The notes beneath the pieces were generated by a model that searched no databases, was not told the DNA's origin, and worked only from the letters and a program-made list of their open reading frames with translations. Made by a program: the position numbers and the translations under genes. Positions 13,856 to 27,050 of a stretch of 64,000 bases of DNA are shown here, one piece after another. Source of the stretch: Ramazzottius varieornatus (Eukaryota; Animalia; Tardigrada); contig BDGG01000004.1 in the NCBI GenBank assembly GCA_001949185.1, positions 3,939,777 through 4,003,776 of the forward strand. The letters are read 5' to 3'. The first letter of the stretch is position 1. Each line of letters starts with the position of its first letter.

Positions 13856-16189
13856 TCAGGCCACCCTTGTAGACGCGGTCCCACTTGTGGAGGCACCTCC
13901 AAGACCTGTTGCGGATTTCTTCAAAATGTTTCGTGACTGTTCTTTAGCTGCATCTGCTTCCTTCTCGCATAACTCCAACAGCTGGGTCAGTTCGGGGTGT
14001 TTCGGCGAGATACCCAGTCCTCGCTTGACATATGATAGCGCCTCGTCGAACTCCATACGTCCATTCAAGACTTTTTCAAAAATATAACAAGCCTGAAACA
14101 GTTTTCAATAAACCGGTTTTCGATAGATCGGCGGAAAAACGCCAGCAAAATACCTTGGCCATAGAAGCGATATCGGCTCGCAGTTCCAGCGCCTTCTTCG
14201 CACGTTCTTCTGCTGCCCGCATATTCCCCTCGTTCAGGTAAGAAAGCGCCGCATTGTTCTCCAAGCGGGCGAACAAGGTGTTACGCTGACTCTGGCAGTG
14301 GTTGGGCGTGTCTTCCATTTTGCGTGCTGTCAGCGCCTGATAAAACAACGTTCGACAATCAGTTTTGCAGATGAAGCTCATTGTTGGACTACCGAACTAG
14401 AACCTCAAGAAAATATTTGGCAGCTTCGACGTAATTGCCATTAGCAAAGACCTCTTTCCCCATTGCGTGGAGCTGATCGGCGGCTTGGCTGATCTCTTTG
14501 TTTGTGAATTTCACCGGTCGTCCCATCTCCTCAGTGTTGAGAAAGCTGCTGGCGAGGTCCATAGGAAGGACCTCCAGCAACTCTACATACAAGTACATCA
14601 CCTCACGGGAGGAAATTTTCAGTTTGTACGAGTTGCCCATTCCTGCGAGAGAACAAATTAGTATCGAGAACTTATTCAGAACATTTCTGCCAAAATCACA
14701 GAAAAGTCTGAAATTTCTGTTGAGCAACGGAACACGAGAACAGAGCAGCACTTACCATAGCCATAGGTGGGTTCGATGCGAAAGATGGCCCGTTCTCCCG
14801 ACTGCATGGACATGATAGCTAGTTTCATACCAACTATGATATCGGTTGACGTCAACCTACAAAAATCATTACTTCCAAAAACCGAAATTCGCCCGCTGAG
14901 TGTGTCGAACTTACTTGGAGATGGTTGTACAGTTTTTCTGCATCTTGTAAACCAGAGGGAGCTGAAAGTTGACATTCCGCGCGATTTTATACAAATACTT
15001 CACCGTGCTGGACTCCGTCGGGAAATCGCCCATGCCATCGATATCCTTCATCTTTCGAACCCCACCATCTCTGGTGGCAAAAACGGTGAATCGTTCGGCT
15101 TCCGCTAGGCTACCGTCCAAACAACCATGTGGAGACTGCGGCTTGCTGAGGTTCACGACCGCCGTCAACCCGGAAGGAGAAGCCGCTTCTGCGAACAGAA
15201 TATTCCGTTTGAAATATTTCATCTTGTGTAATTTGGCTATTCACATACTCTTCAGAGGTAGTCTGCCCTGTACTGTACCACCATCGACCTTGAAAAGCAC
15301 GTTTTCTGGTTCAGCGGAGTTCGCATTCGGCACACGTTGATCGCGAGGTTGAGCCCGTCTCTCATGACTTCGGAGACCGACATTTCGTTTGTTCGGCCCA
15401 TCGGAATCGGAAGAGCTGATGTGAAGCAGCTCGGCAGTGTTCCGACTAGCACTGCTGTCTTCCTCGTTGCCGTTCGGCTGAAAGAGTCGATCTTCTGTCT
15501 TTGGAACCTTGGCGATCCCTGTTGCGGAGTCTGGAGTATGAGTTCCATCATTACGCTGCTTCAGCGTGCTGTGAGACGAGAACGATGACGGAGACGCACC
15601 TGCAAACAACAGTAAGCACTAACCGACCAAATCTTGACGGTTTGGAATCAGTTCCACATTGACAAACCCCCGGCTGGCAAGATTTCCGGAGATTGGTTCA
15701 GACGAGGATGCGTTAGAAGAAAAATCTTTTCGTAAAGTCAACTGGTTGAACTTCTTGAAAGGGATTATTACGGACTTTCGTCTTGACGGGATACAGCTAC
15801 TCCCACTGACTTCGCGCCTTGGTAAATCCTGCAAAAGTGATCACGGAGCTGAGGACAGTGAAGGCCTTATCGAAGAATGGATTGCGCTACAAAAATGAAG
15901 CATCATCGTTGTTATTGACAGATCAATAGTCAAATCTTCTATCAGTCCACAACTCTCCAGCAAAGCGAGCTTCCACTGGACCTCTGCTCTTCCACTTCAT
16001 TACATCCTTCATACATTCTTTGAGATCTAATCAGTGTCTTTCTGACCGCAACGCTACGGCTGGGACCGCACCCGGAAGTGGCATCCTCGTTGATTCTAGT
16101 CAGGGAACATCTTACCGAATATCTGCAGTCTCCGGTTGTTGGTCGACGCTTGTTCCAACCTTCAACGACGAACTAACATCGGCAAGCAT
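13856..16189 (-). CDS. FKBP-type PPIase domain + TPR protein (FKBP6/shutdown-like) with a long low-complexity N-terminus; start and 3' end uncertain
   Basis: DGGVRKMK..GMGDFP, IIVGMKLAIMSMQSGERAIFRIEPTYGYG and YLYVELLEV (FKBP fold). GKEVFANGNYVEAAKYF, NNAALSYL and FDEALSYVKRGLGISPKHP (TPRs). Confidence 0.7.
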
Positions 16190-16638
16190 AGACTGGATAT
16201 CCGTGCAAAACCATTCCTTAGGTGGTCGAAGAGTAAGGAGTCTGAGGAGTGAGGACGAGTAGCTAAAACAAAGCCAGCGTGCAATCAGACAAATCTCGAT
16301 CGAGCTACGCATGACATCAGTTTGGGTGAGATTTGGTTCGACGGTTCTACCCTCGGGCTCGGAGGTGCTCCCTCAACCCCTAATCTTTGAGTATTTTCAC
16401 AATTCCAGACGGACGAGAACACACTCCGATTTGACTCACTGACTTCGGCAAAGCAACGATTCGCAAAATTTCATGATCAAAAAGGAGAACGAGTCGTTTA
16501 CAGCGTCTCTTCGAGCCATATACAGGATCGCGTCTCATAAACAAATATAAACACCAGGAGCGTACAGAAGTAATATATAAGAAGGTCTGCACCAAGAAGG
16601 ACAAAATTTCCCGAGGGTACGACAACGAATCACTCACA

Positions 16639-17621
16639 TCATGTTATTACTGAATCTACCATTTTATCTCCCAGTCGTCTTTCCATCGTTTCATGCAGGT
16701 CCATGTCAGTGAGGTGAACAACTTTAGGAGGTATGAACGCGCCGGCGACACTTCTCCTCTCCGTGTTCAGCCAGTTGAATGTCGTAACAGCTTTGTCCTA
16801 GAACGAGGACTCTTTTGTCTCGTAACGATAAGCATTACCGACCCCATGCGAATATCAATTACAAAACGCGGAATTGAATCAACGAACCGTGGGTAATATC
16901 TCCAGTCCCAACCGTCTCTTCTTCATCAGTTCTTTTATCAGTTCAAAATCCAGCTGGTTCCCGTTATCTCCCACCCCAATTACCAAGATATCTGAATAAA
17001 AAGGAATATGAGTAGGAAATATGAGGACTGTAGAGCATGTCAGCTGTTGTCAAAGTCAACTCATCCAAGAGCTCGGATGACCTACCTAGTTTTGGGTCTA
17101 GGAGGTAAAACAAGGAGAACGCAGCCGCAGTCAGATCTTTCACGCTGGACACCTGAAACAAAGAAATCATTATAAAACACAGCTACAGTATTCAAACTCC
17201 TGTTATCAGTAGACTAAGATAGTCTCAAGCATCTTCCACATACGTTCCATTGTATACAGGTTTTGGGGAATAAGGCAATGGGTCCGATAGCGACAACTCC
17301 ATTGTTAAGGCGGAATCCAGCGTTGCTGTAAGCGTTGACGAGAAGATAACGGTCTTCATCATTGTTCATAACCTTCACCGTGGTCTTTTGGAAGGTATCA
17401 ACCTGTGAACATCACGCTTGACTATGATGACTGCCAGTCTTATCTTGCTGAACCTGCGCACTTGATTCCACAGCACAGAAGACGAAGTAAGTTTATACCT
17501 CCACGTCGAACTCCGGTAGCCATGCTCCTTGTTCCGGTATTCGCGATGCCCGAGCCGGATGATCCTCCGGCCCTATGGGTTTTGATGAGCCAAACCTTCT
17601 CAAACACAAACGCAGTCCCAT
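16639..17621 (-). CDS. NDUFAF3: Complex I assembly factor NDUFAF3 (Mth938-like)
   Basis: Spliced exons give YLLVNAYSNAGFRLNNGVVAIGPIALFPKTCIQWN|V...FSLFYLLDPKL|DILVIGVG...LEILPT|DKAVTTFNWLNTERRSVAGAFIPP. Arg-rich N-terminus MGLRLCLRRF. Confidence 0.88.
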
Positions 17622-19303
17622 CAGGAATGGTCACTCGTAACAAGAACGACCAAAGTTAGCAAATGGCTGACGGTCGCTCGCGGCATCCTAGCATGATAAT
17701 GATAATCGAACATCTTTGACAAAGAAATCTTCTCTGACATCGTACATACCTGCAAGAACGACACAGGGAAAGAGATGACCAACCTTTGCGACCGAGGCGT
17801 ACTGCCATTAAGCCCCACTCACGAAGCAAAGTGAACGACGGGATCTGCTCCTGTTTCGTTATCTCTGCACGGCACGATTCAGCCGACAAAGATCAGCAAT
17901 GGAAAGGGCCTCGTTCGTCAGTTCGGGCGTTGTATCCACTATTCAGAATCCAGATAGAGCAGCAGAGATGGGGTGAGACGAGCAAGCAGCACTGGCTACG
18001 GAACTGAAAAGCAGCGAGTCCAGATTCCAGAGATCTCAACCGGAAATGATTCAAGTGAATCTTGGATTCTCGATAAAACTTGGGTATCGGCGGCCCAGTT
18101 TGCGGCCTTACTTTTTCAACTTTTAACGAGCGTTTTTCGACATCAAGTCATAGAGAATGGTCAAGGGCATTATGTGGTAAGTTTGCCGTACCTGGCCGTG
18201 GCTCAAAGTCTCAAAACCGTGTTCGCCCTTTTGGGAAGATTTTAGTATATTGGGGTGATTAACTGATTATCAGCTTAGATAAGTGACACGATAACCCCGG
18301 ACGGGGGAGGTTCGTCAGAACAGAATCAACAGATACAGATTGCAGGCGCATCCCACACTGGATGATGCCATTGTGACGTCACAACATTTTCACAGAAAAT
18401 TTCGAACACCTTCAGAGTTTTGTGACGCAGCCACCTGACTACTAGTCAGACGACCAGATGAACCCCGGCACCGTGTTCCTCGATGTCTGTTTCACTAGAT
18501 AGCTACAGCAGCCTGACGTTGCCCTTGGGGTCCCAAACCTTGAAACTTGATTCCTGAACAATGTGACTGGCGATCGTTAGGCCGCAAACCTAGCCATCGA
18601 TACGGCGATATCCACTTGTTTTGGTTGAAGTTTGACCCGAAGTGCAAAATTGTCTTTGAAATGCCCTTTCCCCACGGCCGCCGCACCGCGCCGGAGTACA
18701 GTTGGCATTGCAACCGTATGCCCGGCGTCAGTAAAATACCTCCGAGGCTCTGACCCTGGGCTGGGCAGTCAGTGGACAGGCTAACTTAGGTCCGCTCTTT
18801 CTGGATTACAGTACACAGTGTACTTTTAGGATTTTGTTTTAAATCCGAAATTCTGATTTTTGAATCTTCGCCTTAGAACTGACCGATGTTACATTTGCAT
18901 GATGAGGATTTCGTACCCTATCTCGGCTCCTTTGTTGACCACTTGAGGTCCGTGGAGACTATAATTTGGACGGTGCGAGTGGGGCATTCCGGAGCGCAGG
19001 ATTTCAACTTTGAACGACGGGATTTGGAAGGATGACTGACAGTGATGTCGGATTTGGAACGTCGGATGCGATGCCGTAGCAATCTTACTAAGCTGTAAAA
19101 TCTTGGTGATCTGTCTAGCGACTCGCTGCTTGGTTCTGACTTTTACATTCTGTATGCAGGTATACTTCTTACTGGAGGAATACCGTAAATCTCTGCCGTG
19201 CTGTCCCGTTTGTTTTCGTTTGACCATAATTGTAATTATGTGCATAGACTGATCAAGGCTTCAAGGTGAGCTCACCTGTTACTGTTGAAAGGAAGAGGGA
19301 ACG

Positions 19304-22300
19304 ATGCTGTCGGTGAGGGATCAAAACAGTCCCACTCGCAATGCAAAGCAGTGTCCGGAATTGATCTCAGATGACGAAGATGGAGCTGTGACCGGAGTGT
19401 TCTATTCTTCGCACGTCACAAGTCACATAACAAGTCTTGGCGAACTCATGAATGCCCAGCTGGACGATGGTGTGAGGAACTGGGATGAGAAAGAGCGAGA
19501 ATCCTTCCACAGCCCTGAGAGTGACTTTGTCGACACGCAGCAAAATCTCCCGCGTTTTACTTCACAGAGGAGGTCGCACAGAAGTGAAAGAACGTAAGTT
19601 CCCTTTTTCACCTGGTTGGTTTCTGTCCTGTGGATCTTGTTGTTTTAGAGCGAAGCCTCGCAAACGGCGAAAATCCGAGTGGGATCCATCCCGGGATCCT
19701 TTCTCAACTTTGGACGTTGAATACCGTCCGAGACGCAGCGGCGGTGAGCTCCTAGAAGAACCGTCCAGCGCATCAAAGAAGCACAAGCAAATGAAGAAAG
19801 AGAAGACAGAAAAGGCGAAGAGACTATCGAAAGTCGGTTCTCGCACGGACGGCACTACAGAGGACCCACGTGGATTCGTTGACTACATTCTCCCGAATCG
19901 ACATGGACGAGCCAACAGGTATGCAGTCCACCACCTAACCGGCGGTTCTCAAACAAACTCACACCTAACAGAAATAAAGGTGTGACGTTGTATTTGAAAA
20001 AAGATCTCGGTTTTCCAGTTTGTATGTATCGACGATGCAGAAATTCCAGCATGAAACTTCCGCAGACAGAGTCTCGAAGACACCTTGGCAGCAAGTAGCT
20101 GTCGCTCTGGACTGCGGCCTTTCCAAAGACGAACCTTCGCCTTTTTACGCTGAGTGTTCGTTGGAGGATCTACTGGAGGTGTTGCCTATCGCAGCGGCCC
20201 AGAAGCTGAGCAATGTCCTGGACCAGTGCATCTCCATACTGAAGTACAGCCTGACTCCCGAGAATTGTTTGGCTGTTTTGGCCGTCGCTGACCACTATCA
20301 CGCCTCCTGCTCGGAGCTGTTTGACACTGTTTTACGCTTTATAGAGGCGCGTCCCGTTTTCGAATACGAGTTTGTGCCTACTAGTCAATGGTGCTTCTAT
20401 TCTTGCTATACAATGTTTTTGCAGGATAATTTTCAGTGCGTCGGAGACACCGAAGATTTCTGTTACCTGACGCTAAAGCATCTCCTGATGATATTACGAC
20501 GGGACAGGCTGGCCGTGAAGTACGAAAGTGATATCTACAGAGTAAGTACTGTAGAATGACAAAACGTGTTGTGTAGAAATTCTGCGCTGAAAAGAAAGCT
20601 GTAACGCTTTTGTGTCTAGTTCGTTAAAGAATGGCTGAAGGTGAATTTGGTCGGCAGCAAATGGACATTGCTACACTTCATGTGCCCCGTATTGTCCTGT
20701 CTGCGCATCAACCATGATAACAACACCTGGGAGCGTAGCTTGAACGACTGGAAGCCTACAACAGCGAACCTTTTCGCCAGTCTGACAAACCAAGCCGGTA
20801 GCGGCGATCCTTGGGATTATGGCTTGTGGTTCGGCCATGACCGAGTTCCGACCAAAAAGGTTCTTCTCGCCATCGGTACGTTAAGTTCCTTACTGGAGTC
20901 CGATAAAAGTAATTGGAAAAAAGTGGTTTGGTTCAAATAGGCGGTGTCATTAGCGAAGATCAGACTTCACTGGATGTGGAGTACCTGCGTGTTTCCGGCA
21001 ACGAACGAAGTACCGAAGGTTGGCAAGTCTATCCTTTCGACGATTATCCCAAGAGGAACCTGTCCGAAAGCCGATACGCAGCGTCCGTTGTGACCGTCAA
21101 CAACGAAGTCTACGCCCTAGGAGGTGCTCAGGACATCCCTGAATCTTTCTGCGTTTTGAAGTCGATCGAGAAGTCAGTATATTCTGAAGCAACTGAACTT
21201 CAAAGTCATTTTCGGTGTAACGTATGGCTCTGTTATTCAGGTACGATGTCACGACATCCAGTTGGTCCTCGGATGGTCTGCCTCAGATGGACAAAGCGGT
21301 CAGTGCAGCAGGAGTTGCCGCGCTCGATGGCTGGATCTATATAGTGGGAGGTTGTGTAAGTGAAATTCATCCATGCATATGACTGTTTTGCGTATTCGGG
21401 ATGTCCAATGTCTTGTTCTTTTTTCTTTTTCGAACAGGACTCGAGCGGTCATTTTGTGGACAGAGTATGCCGTTACCATCCCGTGCTGAAGGTGTGGGAG
21501 GACCGCGCTGGCCTGAGTCTGCCGCGTTCACGGGTAGCGGTCTGTGCGTACGAAGGAGCTCTGTACGCCTTCGGCGGATGTCAAGGTATTCTTTTAGGAA
21601 TTTACGGAATATTCATCGAAGTGACTGAGCTTAGATAAACTTCAGAAACAGTGTCATTTCATCAGAACCTGATAAAATTACTGATATGGGAGCTCGGCAA
21701 GCAAAGTGAACTAGATCGGTTTGCGCCACTTGAAGAGACGATCTGGTCAAGTTTTTTATCGAACTCCTACGTAGTACACGCACGACGAGATATTACGGGC
21801 CAGTAAAAACACGGACCAGGCCTTTTCGCTACGGCGGCACGGGCAGGTGATTCTTGCTTCAAGTGAAAACCACATCGATGGTACTGGACTGCTGTACGTG
21901 CGTGCTGGATATTGGGCCGAGGAGCTAAAGCTTGTCATATCAATGTTATAGCAGTCAGATCTTCATTATACCTTCAACAGTTCGAACTATTCCAAGGCTT
22001 CTCCGGCCTCCGGGAGAAAGTCGACAGCAGCATAGAAGCGTTAGAGTAAAACAGTTGATTAGCTGATGGCCACTGACCATGACAATTTTCTACGGTTGAA
22101 TTTTACTACGTTACGTAATTTATGCGATTTCTGTTTCTGACTTCCATACAAATTGTAAATCTGCCGTCTTTTCCGCCTGGCCCGTAATATCTCGTCGTGC
22201 GTGTACATCATTAAATTCTGAAAGCAAAGTCCTTGGATGGTTGTTACCGGCACTGAAACAAGCGGGCTTTTAGGTGACAGCACTCCGTCGAAAATGGTGG

Positions 22301-22770
22301 AACGGTATAACCCGCAAGAAAACATATGGGAGCGGATGCCGGATATGTGTTATCCGACGGACGATGCAGCTGCCTGCATACTGGGACACCACCTTTATCT
22401 GTTTGGTGGTGGCGGTGATAGGACCGACCGATCTTCCTGTATGCGCTTTGACTTTCGCAAACAAAACTGGCTCTGGCCGAAGAGCATGAAGCGAGTTCGA
22501 GCTGGTGCGGCGGCTGTGGCTGTCAACGGTGTAATCTACGTGATAGGCGGAAGTCCTAACCGAAAGTCGTATCACAAGTCCGTGGAGATCTACGACCCCG
22601 CGACCGCATCGTGGACGGATGGACCCGATCTCAACTTCCCAAGACATATGCTCGGTTTAGCCGTAGTTAGTGTTGACAATTTCAATTCCGGGCTTTCTTT
22701 TCCGGCGACGTCTTTCGTGCCACAGGAAGAAGAGGAAGAAGAAACTGAATGCATCACGATAGATGATTAG
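19304..22770 (+). CDS. Kelch-like protein (partial BTB, BACK domain, Kelch repeats)
   Basis: LTPENCLAVLAVAD...FIE|DNF...EDFCYL...LRRDRLAVKYESDIY (BACK). Kelch repeats VYALGG, LYAFGG, VERYNP..W, LYLFGG, IYVIGG and VEIYDP...WT. Confidence 0.85.
21687..21769. repeat. Internally deleted copy (D) of the palindromic element (Kelch-gene intron)
   Basis: tgggagctcggcaa...agatcg and gcgccacttgaagagacgatct...cgaactccta. Confidence 0.65.
21777..22203. mobile_element. Tc1/mariner-type MITE, 427 bp, in a Kelch-gene intron
   Basis: Perfect 27-bp TIR CACGCACGACGAGATATTACGGGCCAG (21777-21803; inverse 22177-22203), flanked by TA on both sides. Confidence 0.92.
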
Positions 22771-25364
22771 ACTTCTAAGAACTGTCGTAACTTTCCCACA
22801 TTTTGTTATAGACAGTAGTGTACGGCAGTACCTCAATCTCGCTGATCTGATCCCTCTCGCGATCTGCACTTTGGTAAACTAATGTGTCTACTTTTTTGTT
22901 ACATTTCTGATTTACATGTACCTTGTCCAGTAACAAGTGCTTTGTTCATAGCGATATTTTTCCTCGCATTGTAGGTTTGATTATTGTAAATTTTTGATAG
23001 GTGGAACCGTGAGACTGAGAAACGGTTCGCTTCCATGAAGATATGTGGATGGTCATAACGCAGTCACTCTCAGCGGGAGATTTCTCATGCCGAGAATAGT
23101 GACGCTCTTTTGTCTGTTCTCTGACGTTTCTCGTAGCCATTGAGTGGTAAACAAGAAGGGCACTGGGAATCTTCTCCTTTCTTCAACTAAGTTAGCCAGG
23201 TACCGAGAAGCGATGGCACAAAGCTGGGCTTGCCGGAGAAAATTAACCTGTCATGTGCGAATACGAGCAAGATGGCCGATGTATGTATCGGTATGCTGCG
23301 GAAGCGCTAAAAGATGGTTTACATTGGTCCGTCCGCTTTTGGCTTTTGTTCGCTTAAGCAGAGGCGTGTGATAGTGCGGCTTGAACAGCCAACGACAAGT
23401 GCACTGTTTCCTTGACTTACCTCGACAATATCCTCGTGAGAACTGTCCAACGTCACCCATGAGATCTTTGCTTAAGCGTATCGTGGTTCAGGACCTGTCT
23501 CACCTTCGGAGTAGGCTTGGCCTACTGGACGCACCCAGTTACCACCTATGACGTCTAACATTCATCCTTCCATGCTCAAAATATGAAAACTCTCAAACCA
23601 AGGGATCCGCGTTCGAAGAACCAGATAGTTTTGTTATTTAACCTTACTAAAATACGTCAGTTTCTTCAGTTAATTCAATTTGATTCGTGATGGGTTGATG
23701 AGACAAAGAACAGCATCTGAACTGATCCGTTAAACATCTCGCCAGACTCGAGGGGTGAGAGCGATGGGAATCAGATCCAGTGGTGGCGGTCCGACGGAAG
23801 AAGCTCTATATGAGCGGCTCATTCCGTGAGGCGGAAAGAAATGGTCAAGATGCCTGTGTTTCATGATGCATCAAAATCTAGCACATGAGACCTAGGATGA
23901 GATATCCGTGCGTTGGTGGGAGCTTAAAGTCCAAAAGGCTCGAAGTTTGAATCGAAACTCCTTTGTAACCGCGCCCATCTGCCGGGAAATACGTCTCATG
24001 GATAAGCTGATGAACGAGTTCTGTTTCTGTGGGCCGTACACGTGAAATGTTGAAGCTTTAGTAGAGATTTTGTCCGAATAAACAGGTTTGTTTTCACAGG
24101 AACATTATGTGTTAGTCAGCATTTTTTGTGCAATGATGCGAAGTGGACATTACCGTTTTTATTAATGGCTCGTGCCGGTAAATGGCCGTCATTGTGGCAA
24201 CTATGACTTCCTGCGAAACATTTACTGGTAGAGATTGGGGTGACGTGTTTGATTTGCGCGGTCGACGTGACTTTACCTTCAAATGTCTCGCACAAGTCTA
24301 AACATACAGACGCTGGGAAATGTACCGATCTCATGGAAGTTGTTTCTCATGCCACCACCACTGTTGGAGCATGTGTAAATCCGCCTAAACGCCAAATGAA
24401 TGACATTGCCCATAAGCCATGAAACACGTATTACCGTTAAATCTGGTCCGTAACCTTGATTGCAATTAATAAACTTTACAATCTTCACATCGTAAAACGC
24501 CGCGGTCAACCTTGCTGACTGTAAATGAAGAACCGACTAGGTTCCTTGAGCTCCCTAGGACATGCGACACTGGAGATACTATGGCTGGGAATCCTGCTAT
24601 TCGGCACGAAAATTACACATTCTCTTTTCTAACCAAAACCCCAAAAAAGGCGCTTCTAGGTTCGTGCTTGATGCGTCTTATATGGTACCGGTATAAAACG
24701 CATCAAGCGATTGTAAACAGCTGACGAATTTTCTTGTCATGTCGGTTTTATCTTGAACTTTTGTTTGGCTTCAAAAAGATAAGAGTACGTCTTGCTAAAA
24801 TAAATTAAAAGATGTCGCAAAAGGAAGACATTTGGTATAGTTCGAAATCTGGCGCGGGTGGTCGTAAGGCACAACATCGCAACATGCAATTCTCTTCCAC
24901 AAAATTCCTTGAGTTCAGCATTAGGGTCGCTGAGGTAGTGTTGCTCCACATGGTGAGAGAGACGGATCATTACAAAGCTGTGGAGAAGCGCGTTTGAGCA
25001 AATAGAAAATCTTGGCATCCGTTTTATCACCACTCTGCAAATAGAAAGCTGTTAGCACAGAGAAGATACTAGCAAGTGTTCGACACGATGAGAACCAAGT
25101 TGTCTGTAGGTGCTGGAGAGAGAGAACGGAACGACCAGAATAATGGGCTTCACAAGGCCAAAATACGGGGAGTTAGGGAAGGAAAAGTACAATATACGCA
25201 CCGGCAGGTAATCATTAATGCAATTAAGGGTGGGAACCGCCGTAAATCCTGGGAACGGACGAAAAGCCAACAGCGTCCGAAAAGCCATATCCCCAGAAGT
25301 ATCCTGAAGCATTCTTTTCTCTGTTTTTCTTTTCCAATCACCGTTGCGGTTTGTAAAGCCGCTT

Positions 25365-25485
25365 TAAGATTCACCAAATTCGATGTGGAACCCGACCGTT
25401 ATCTCAAGTGAGCACGTTTCCGTTGTCATCGTCTGGAAGCGTGCGCCACTTGGGAAAAGCAATCGGGTCCAAATCATTAGTCCCA
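25365..25485. repeat. Palindromic element, copy E (intergenic)
   Basis: aacccgaccgttatctcaagtgagcac...gtgcgccacttgggaaaagcaatcgggtccaaatcatt..gtccca. Confidence 0.75.
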
Positions 25486-26361
25486 AATAAAAAAGAATCT
25501 CTCTAATTCCTATGTACTGTATGAATTAATTTCTGAATGATATCAGGTAAACGGTGGACATTAAACGGCAAACACAGGGTTCACGAGAAAAAAGCCGAGA
25601 GAAATATTTTCAGTGTATGGCGTGTTATGCTGTTGAATATTATGCCGGCTTCTTGAAGAACCGGTGGCGGCATATTTTTGCTCAAAGTTGATGTTCGAAA
25701 AGATCGGAGACCTCCTATGGATACGTGATATTATGCCGCGGCAACTTGTCAGAAAGCCGGTCTAAAGTCTAAAGTTTGCGGTATATGGAGAATAATCTGC
25801 GGAATAGATGGCTGTTGAATTCAAGAGACTGCGGAGCAACAAGTGAAAGGCTTTGTTAGCTGTCAAGCCCCTTTCTTCCTTGTCCGTTCTGCTTGACCAG
25901 GCGGTTTCAGTCCAGCCTAAATCATTTCGCCCTGTCTAATGTTTATAGCCATGAGCAAAGGTACAAGAGGCATATAGTTCACACAGCATGATGAAAAGGA
26001 CCAAGGAGCATTCCTATCTGCATGGCTGCTTCAGGCCAGTCGTTCCCTCCGTCTCTTCAGTCCCAGTTTGGTTCTCTCCGGTCATTCCGAACCATTCTTC
26101 TTTTCATATCTCTCAACTCGAAGCTTACCTTCTTTATCAGGACAAACTGGCCATGCCAGCGGCAACAGGTAGGAAGAATAGTCCATATAGAGCCAGACTG
26201 AGTGAAGTCTCGGACGTGGGCGTAGTCCAAGGAAATAGACAAGGAAAAATGTCCGAAGGTGATTATCATCCGATCCACGACGACGGTATATAACGATTCT
26301 TTGGAAAATGAAAGACAAATATGGCAACATAGACATCTTGTCTGTCCGGCCTGACAGATAT

Positions 26362-26766
26362 TCACGCCCTGGATGAACCGGTTCCCAGAAGGAATGTGGC
26401 GATATCGCGATGACCATTGTAGGCTGCCAAATGAAGAGCATTCCATCCATCACGACTGGCCAACTTGATGTCCGCGCCTAATTCCACCAGCTTTTTTAAT
26501 AATTCCAGGTTCCCGCTTATACAACAACGATGAAGCGCTGTCCATCCGTCGGCGTCGTAGACATTCACGTTGATCTGGTTATTGTTGTAGGATGATTTTA
26601 CGTGGGAAGGAGGGGAGGAAGGGGGTGTAGAGTTCTCCGAGTTTTCATCGTTGATGTCCCGGTCAGGTTCCGTATAAAGAAGTTTCTGAAGACGTCCAAT
26701 ATCACCCGTCCTCATGGCTTCGCATATTTCAACGTCGACATCCGTAATCTCTCCACTGGCCACCAT
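26362..26766 (-). CDS. NRARP: Notch-regulated ankyrin repeat protein (single coding exon, 134 aa)
   Basis: EAMRTGD...LQKLL, NVNVYDADGWTALHRCCISGNLELLKKLVELGADIKLASRDGWNALHLAAYNGHRDI closely follows the vertebrate NRARP pattern (GNLELVKLLVKFGADIRLANRDGWSALHIAAFGGH). Small size. Probable 5'UTR intron at ~26778-26886. Confidence 0.88.
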   Translation of the reverse strand: MVASGEITDVDVEICEAMRTGDIGRLQKLLYTEPDRDINDENSENSTPPSSPPSHVKSSYNNNQINVNVYDADGWTALHRCCISGNLELLKKLVELGADIKLASRDGWNALHLAAYNGHRDIATFLLGTGSSRA

Positions 26767-27050
26767 TTTACACTCACTAAAAAAGACTATAAAGTTTCAA
26801 ACAATTGCAACATAAAGTCCGTCCGATACTGAGTGTGATGCGCCACGATCGCTGAATGGTAAGCGAGCAAGGATTTGAAACTCACCTGGTGCGCAGTAAC
26901 GAACGTGTATTCCGACAAACTAGGTTAGCCCCTCATAACCGTGAACCGGAAATGTGGGTTCTTGGGTCAGTGCGGTGCGATAATTCCAACGCCGGAGTTG
27001 ATGAGATGAAAGCTGCTGAAAAGGCGATCTAAATTAATGGCCGAGCTCTG

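Noticed and set aside
18495-19245. Short ORFs between NDUFAF3 and the Kelch gene
   Set aside because: No coherent exon chain or motif.
23100-26300. Scattered 60-130 aa ORFs downstream of NRARP
   Set aside because: No recognisable protein or transposase motifs; more likely 3'UTR, regulatory or decayed repeat DNA.
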